Source: a virus. Taken from it: a stretch of DNA of 64,000 nucleotides. The notes under the pieces are model-generated. The model saw only the letters and a list, made by a program, of their open reading frames with translations. It was not told where the DNA came from and searched no databases. The translations under genes were made by a program, and so were the position numbers. Below are positions 61,116-64,000 of the stretch, piece by piece. Every line of letters starts with the position of its first letter. Positions within the stretch are counted from its first letter, which is position 1. The stretch spans positions 1 to 64,000 of the IMG/VR virus record IMGVR_UViG_3300017917_004222. One strand, given 5' to 3'.

Positions 61116-62368
61116 TACCAGAACCCTCCTCTAAGCAGACGTCCATTAGCAAACCCTTCCAGACTGAACTGCTGGCTCACTTGCGATCGTGTTTGAACCG
61201 GCAACAGAATCACGCTCACCTGCATTTTGGTAGGCACATACGTGGCGTTGGTGGTTGTGGGTGTGTTGACGTTTTGCGACAACACATCAGGTTCGGGCGG
61301 CCTAGGCACAGCGTTTGGAAACAAATTGGCGTTTTTGAGACGATTGGCCATGGACATGAACGGGCCTGCTTGAGTTATACCGCTGGACCTAGAGTTGCGG
61401 TTTTCCAAGTTCACACCAATTTGATTGGGTGCGTCGGCTCGTATGTAGTCCACATCTGCTGGCAGGCTGTAGGTAAAATTGGTCACCAAGCAGGGGTGAT
61501 TGTTGAAGTGATTGGGACCAAATCCCGAAATGTACACCAAGGGCGGCGGTGTGCCAGCCTGGGCATCCTTGCCGTAAAACATCTTGGTCACAGATCTAAA
61601 AAAGTGTATCACAGCCAGCAAATACTGTGCTTCCACTGTGTCTTGTGCTGTGAATTGCCCGGTCACTGTGATTTCGTTTACAGCGCTGTTCTTGTAGAAA
61701 TAACCACGGTAGTTGCTGTGTATGAGGTCATAGCGATCGTAGTTGGCCACATACTGTGTGTCAACTGTGGGTGTGTACGGAAAAATCACACCCTTTTCTT
61801 TGAGCGGGGCCAGAATGCCTGCATTAGACCCTGCATACAGATAATTGGCTCCCGGAGCCAACGTGATCCTGAAACGCCAATCATCGTTGTTGCCAATGTT
61901 TCTGCGAGCCGACAGCGTTTTTTGATTACGTGCTCGATCACGAGCAGCCGCTTCAGTAGCTGCAGCCTCGCGTTCGCGCTGTTCAGCATTCACCTGCTGT
62001 GCAGCTACTGAACCTGCAGGCAACTGTTCACCTGTTACTGGGTCAAACACAAATTCAGGATTGTTTGGCACGCTGGCTGCGGGCACTGGCTGGGGCGTAC
62101 TCACTTCTGCTGCTGGTGGCGGGGGCGCAGGCGGGGGCGGTGTTATTTGTGTGGTTGAGGGTGGTCTCACAGGATTTGCTGTGGTACCAGATGTGGCCCG
62201 CAACTGCTGGTATAGCGATTGCAGTCGCTTGTCAAGATCAAAGATCTGCAGGGTCAGCTGTGTTTGAGTAGTGGACCCAGGAGGAGCCACAGCCAACTGT
62301 TGCCGTAGCACTCGTAATGCATTCTCTATAGGAGTTATTTGTGATTCTATTTCTGAGCGTGTGGCCAT
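61115..62368 (-). CDS. tail tube initiator/baseplate protein (gp48/54-like)
   Basis: VIFPYTP, GTPPPLV, SLPADVDY. Confidence 0.7.
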   Translation of the reverse strand: MATRSEIESQITPIENALRVLRQQLAVAPPGSTTQTQLTLQIFDLDKRLQSLYQQLRATSGTTANPVRPPSTTQITPPPPAPPPPAAEVSTPQPVPAASVPNNPEFVFDPVTGEQLPAGSVAAQQVNAEQREREAAATEAAARDRARNQKTLSARRNIGNNDDWRFRITLAPGANYLYAGSNAGILAPLKEKGVIFPYTPTVDTQYVANYDRYDLIHSNYRGYFYKNSAVNEITVTGQFTAQDTVEAQYLLAVIHFFRSVTKMFYGKDAQAGTPPPLVYISGFGPNHFNNHPCLVTNFTYSLPADVDYIRADAPNQIGVNLENRNSRSSGITQAGPFMSMANRLKNANLFPNAVPRPPEPDVLSQNVNTPTTTNATYVPTKMQVSVILLPVQTRSQVSQQFSLEGFANGRLLRGGFW

Positions 62369-62424
62369 GTCTAGTTTCCTGTATCTTATTTACCCAAAAA
62401 ATTTTCGGCGTAGATTATGAAAGG

Positions 62425-62452
62425 TTGACAGCGCTTACTTTTGTGTTACAAT
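62425..62452 (+). promoter_or_regulatory. sigma70-type promoter for late sigma gene
   Basis: TTGACA-N16-TACAAT. Confidence 0.65.
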
Positions 62453-62477
62453 AATTACATAGGAGATATCTCAACCC

Positions 62478-63368
62478 ATGACCATACCCAAGACCTCGCC
62501 CCGGGTCAATTACCTCAACAACCGGGACATTCTCAAAGAAATTCACCTTAGCAAGAACACATACTGCTCATTCCTTGATCCTGTTAACGATCATCAATAC
62601 GACATAATTCTTGCCAGCGTTGACATGATCGGCCCGCGCACAGTGGCAGAAGCACAAAGCAATCGTGCAGACCGTATCAAGCGCGAGACCGGCGAAGCGG
62701 TTGACCCAGTTAGTATTCCCACCAGTGATCTAGTGTTTAGAGTCATGACCTGGGAACACATACCCATGGCGCCCAAAAAGCCGCCCAAGGCGGCCAACAA
62801 AAAGCGCAAAGTAGAAGACATTTTGGATCTTGACGACATCACCAGCGATGTGGAAGATCTAGTTGACGAGCCCATTGGAGATCCCACTCATGTGCGAGTA
62901 AACTTTCCGCCCTTTTTTCACTATCGGATTGACAGCAATCAACAGCCGTTCTTGGTTGGCAAGAGTCACTGGCAAGGCGATTTGCACACCGGGCACTACA
63001 GCCGAGAACATGGACAAATGACCAAGAAACTGGCCATGATGTTCATGAAGCTGTGCGAACGCTATGCCACTAGATCCAACTGGCGCGGTTACACCTACAA
63101 CGAAGAAATGCGCGGCCAGGCCCTGTTGCAGCTGAGTCAGATTGGCCTGCAATTTGACGAGAGCAAGAGTCAAAACCCCTTTGCTTACTACACCGCTGCC
63201 ATTACCAACAGCTTCACCAGGATCCTCAACATTGAGAAAAAGAATCAAAACATACGCGACGACATCTTGGAAATGAACGGGCTCAATCCATCATGGACTC
63301 GACAAAACTCCGGCGCACCCAGCATGGCTGACATGTCCGGACCGGTTGTTTCTAGCTTGGATGAGTAA
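62478..63368 (+). CDS. late-transcription sigma factor (T4 gp55-like)
   Basis: NYLNNRD, NWRGYTYNEEM, FDESKSQNPFAYYT; adjacent to gp47. Confidence 0.88.
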   Translation: MTIPKTSPRVNYLNNRDILKEIHLSKNTYCSFLDPVNDHQYDIILASVDMIGPRTVAEAQSNRADRIKRETGEAVDPVSIPTSDLVFRVMTWEHIPMAPKKPPKAANKKRKVEDILDLDDITSDVEDLVDEPIGDPTHVRVNFPPFFHYRIDSNQQPFLVGKSHWQGDLHTGHYSREHGQMTKKLAMMFMKLCERYATRSNWRGYTYNEEMRGQALLQLSQIGLQFDESKSQNPFAYYTAAITNSFTRILNIEKKNQNIRDDILEMNGLNPSWTRQNSGAPSMADMSGPVVSSLDE

Positions 63369-63380
63369 TATACTGTTGTG

Positions 63381-64000
63381 ATGAGTAACCTATTCCGCAA
63401 AGCTGCTATCTTCACAGACATTCATTTCGGGCTCAAGTCAAACAGTGTGGTTCACAACGAGGACTGTTTGGCTTTTGTTCAATGGGCCACTGCCACTGCC
63501 CGGGCACAGGGGTGTGAAACCTGTCTGTTCCTGGGCGATTGGCACAACAACCGCAGTAGCCTGAACATTGTGACCCTGAACTACAGCCTAAGGGCTCTGG
63601 AGCACTTGAATGCCAACTTTGATCGAGTGTATTTTATACCTGGCAACCACGATCTTTATTATCGCGATCGGCGTGACATACAGAGCGTTGAGTGGGCTAG
63701 ACATCTCCCCAACGTGGAAATTTGTAATGATTGGGTCACTAGCGGCAACGTCACTATCGCTCCTTGGCTGGTGGGCGATGATCACAAGCGTTTGACCCGG
63801 ATGTCTGGACAATACTTGTTCGGGCACTTTGAACTGCCAGGTTACCTCATGAACGCCATGGTGGAAATGCCCGATCATGGCGAGGTCAAGAAAGAAGACT
63901 TGTCGGGCTTTGGTCATGTGTTTACCGGACACTTCCACAAGCGTCAGACCAAGCGCAACATCACCTACATTGGCAATGCATTCCCGCACAACTATGCCGA
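63381..64000 (+). CDS. recombination endonuclease subunit (gp47/SbcD/Mre11-like), runs off the window
   Basis: translated by hand: TDIHFG, LGDWH, GNHD, GHFE, GHFH. Confidence 0.92.
   Translation, partial: MSNLFRKAAIFTDIHFGLKSNSVVHNEDCLAFVQWATATARAQGCETCLFLGDWHNNRSSLNIVTLNYSLRALEHLNANFDRVYFIPGNHDLYYRDRRDIQSVEWARHLPNVEICNDWVTSGNVTIAPWLVGDDHKRLTRMSGQYLFGHFELPGYLMNAMVEMPDHGEVKKEDLSGFGHVFTGHFHKRQTKRNITYIGNAFPHNYA

Overview
A 64-kb segment of a large T4-like (gp55/gp47/gp25/gp6-type) myovirus or jumbo phage genome, probably infecting a Proteobacterium (Betaproteobacteria-like ahpC/ahpD; inference). 1-7 kb is a dense + strand tRNA array of about 35 tRNA or tRNA-like genes. It is interleaved with several families of repeated, covarying non-tRNA structured RNAs, an rrn-type boxA, and two homing endonucleases that each destroyed one tRNA and appear to have brought a replacement. 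7-30.5 kb holds + strand early/accessory genes under many sigma70-type promoters: ahpC/ahpD, rpoZ, a Cys-less QueF, ahcY, a Ro60/TROVE-like DUF2828-vWA protein, a split Pnkp-like pair, an Rnl1 RNA ligase, an HD hydrolase, YqeY, Pth2, an L7/L12-CTD protein, MoxR/vWA and thyX. 30.6-62.4 kb holds - strand late virion genes (fibres, a 4842-aa structural protein, baseplate). The window ends with a gp55-like late sigma factor and a partial gp47. The best candidate for a new system is a five-copy family of 'armless tRNA mimic' RNAs: a 7-bp covarying acceptor-like stem, an invariant CAGCAA, and an anticodon-like stem-loop with a different triplet in four of the five copies. Four copies lie in the tRNA array and one is the 5' leader of the Ro60-like gene, beside RNA end-healing and sealing enzymes. 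All calls were made by eye without database searches.
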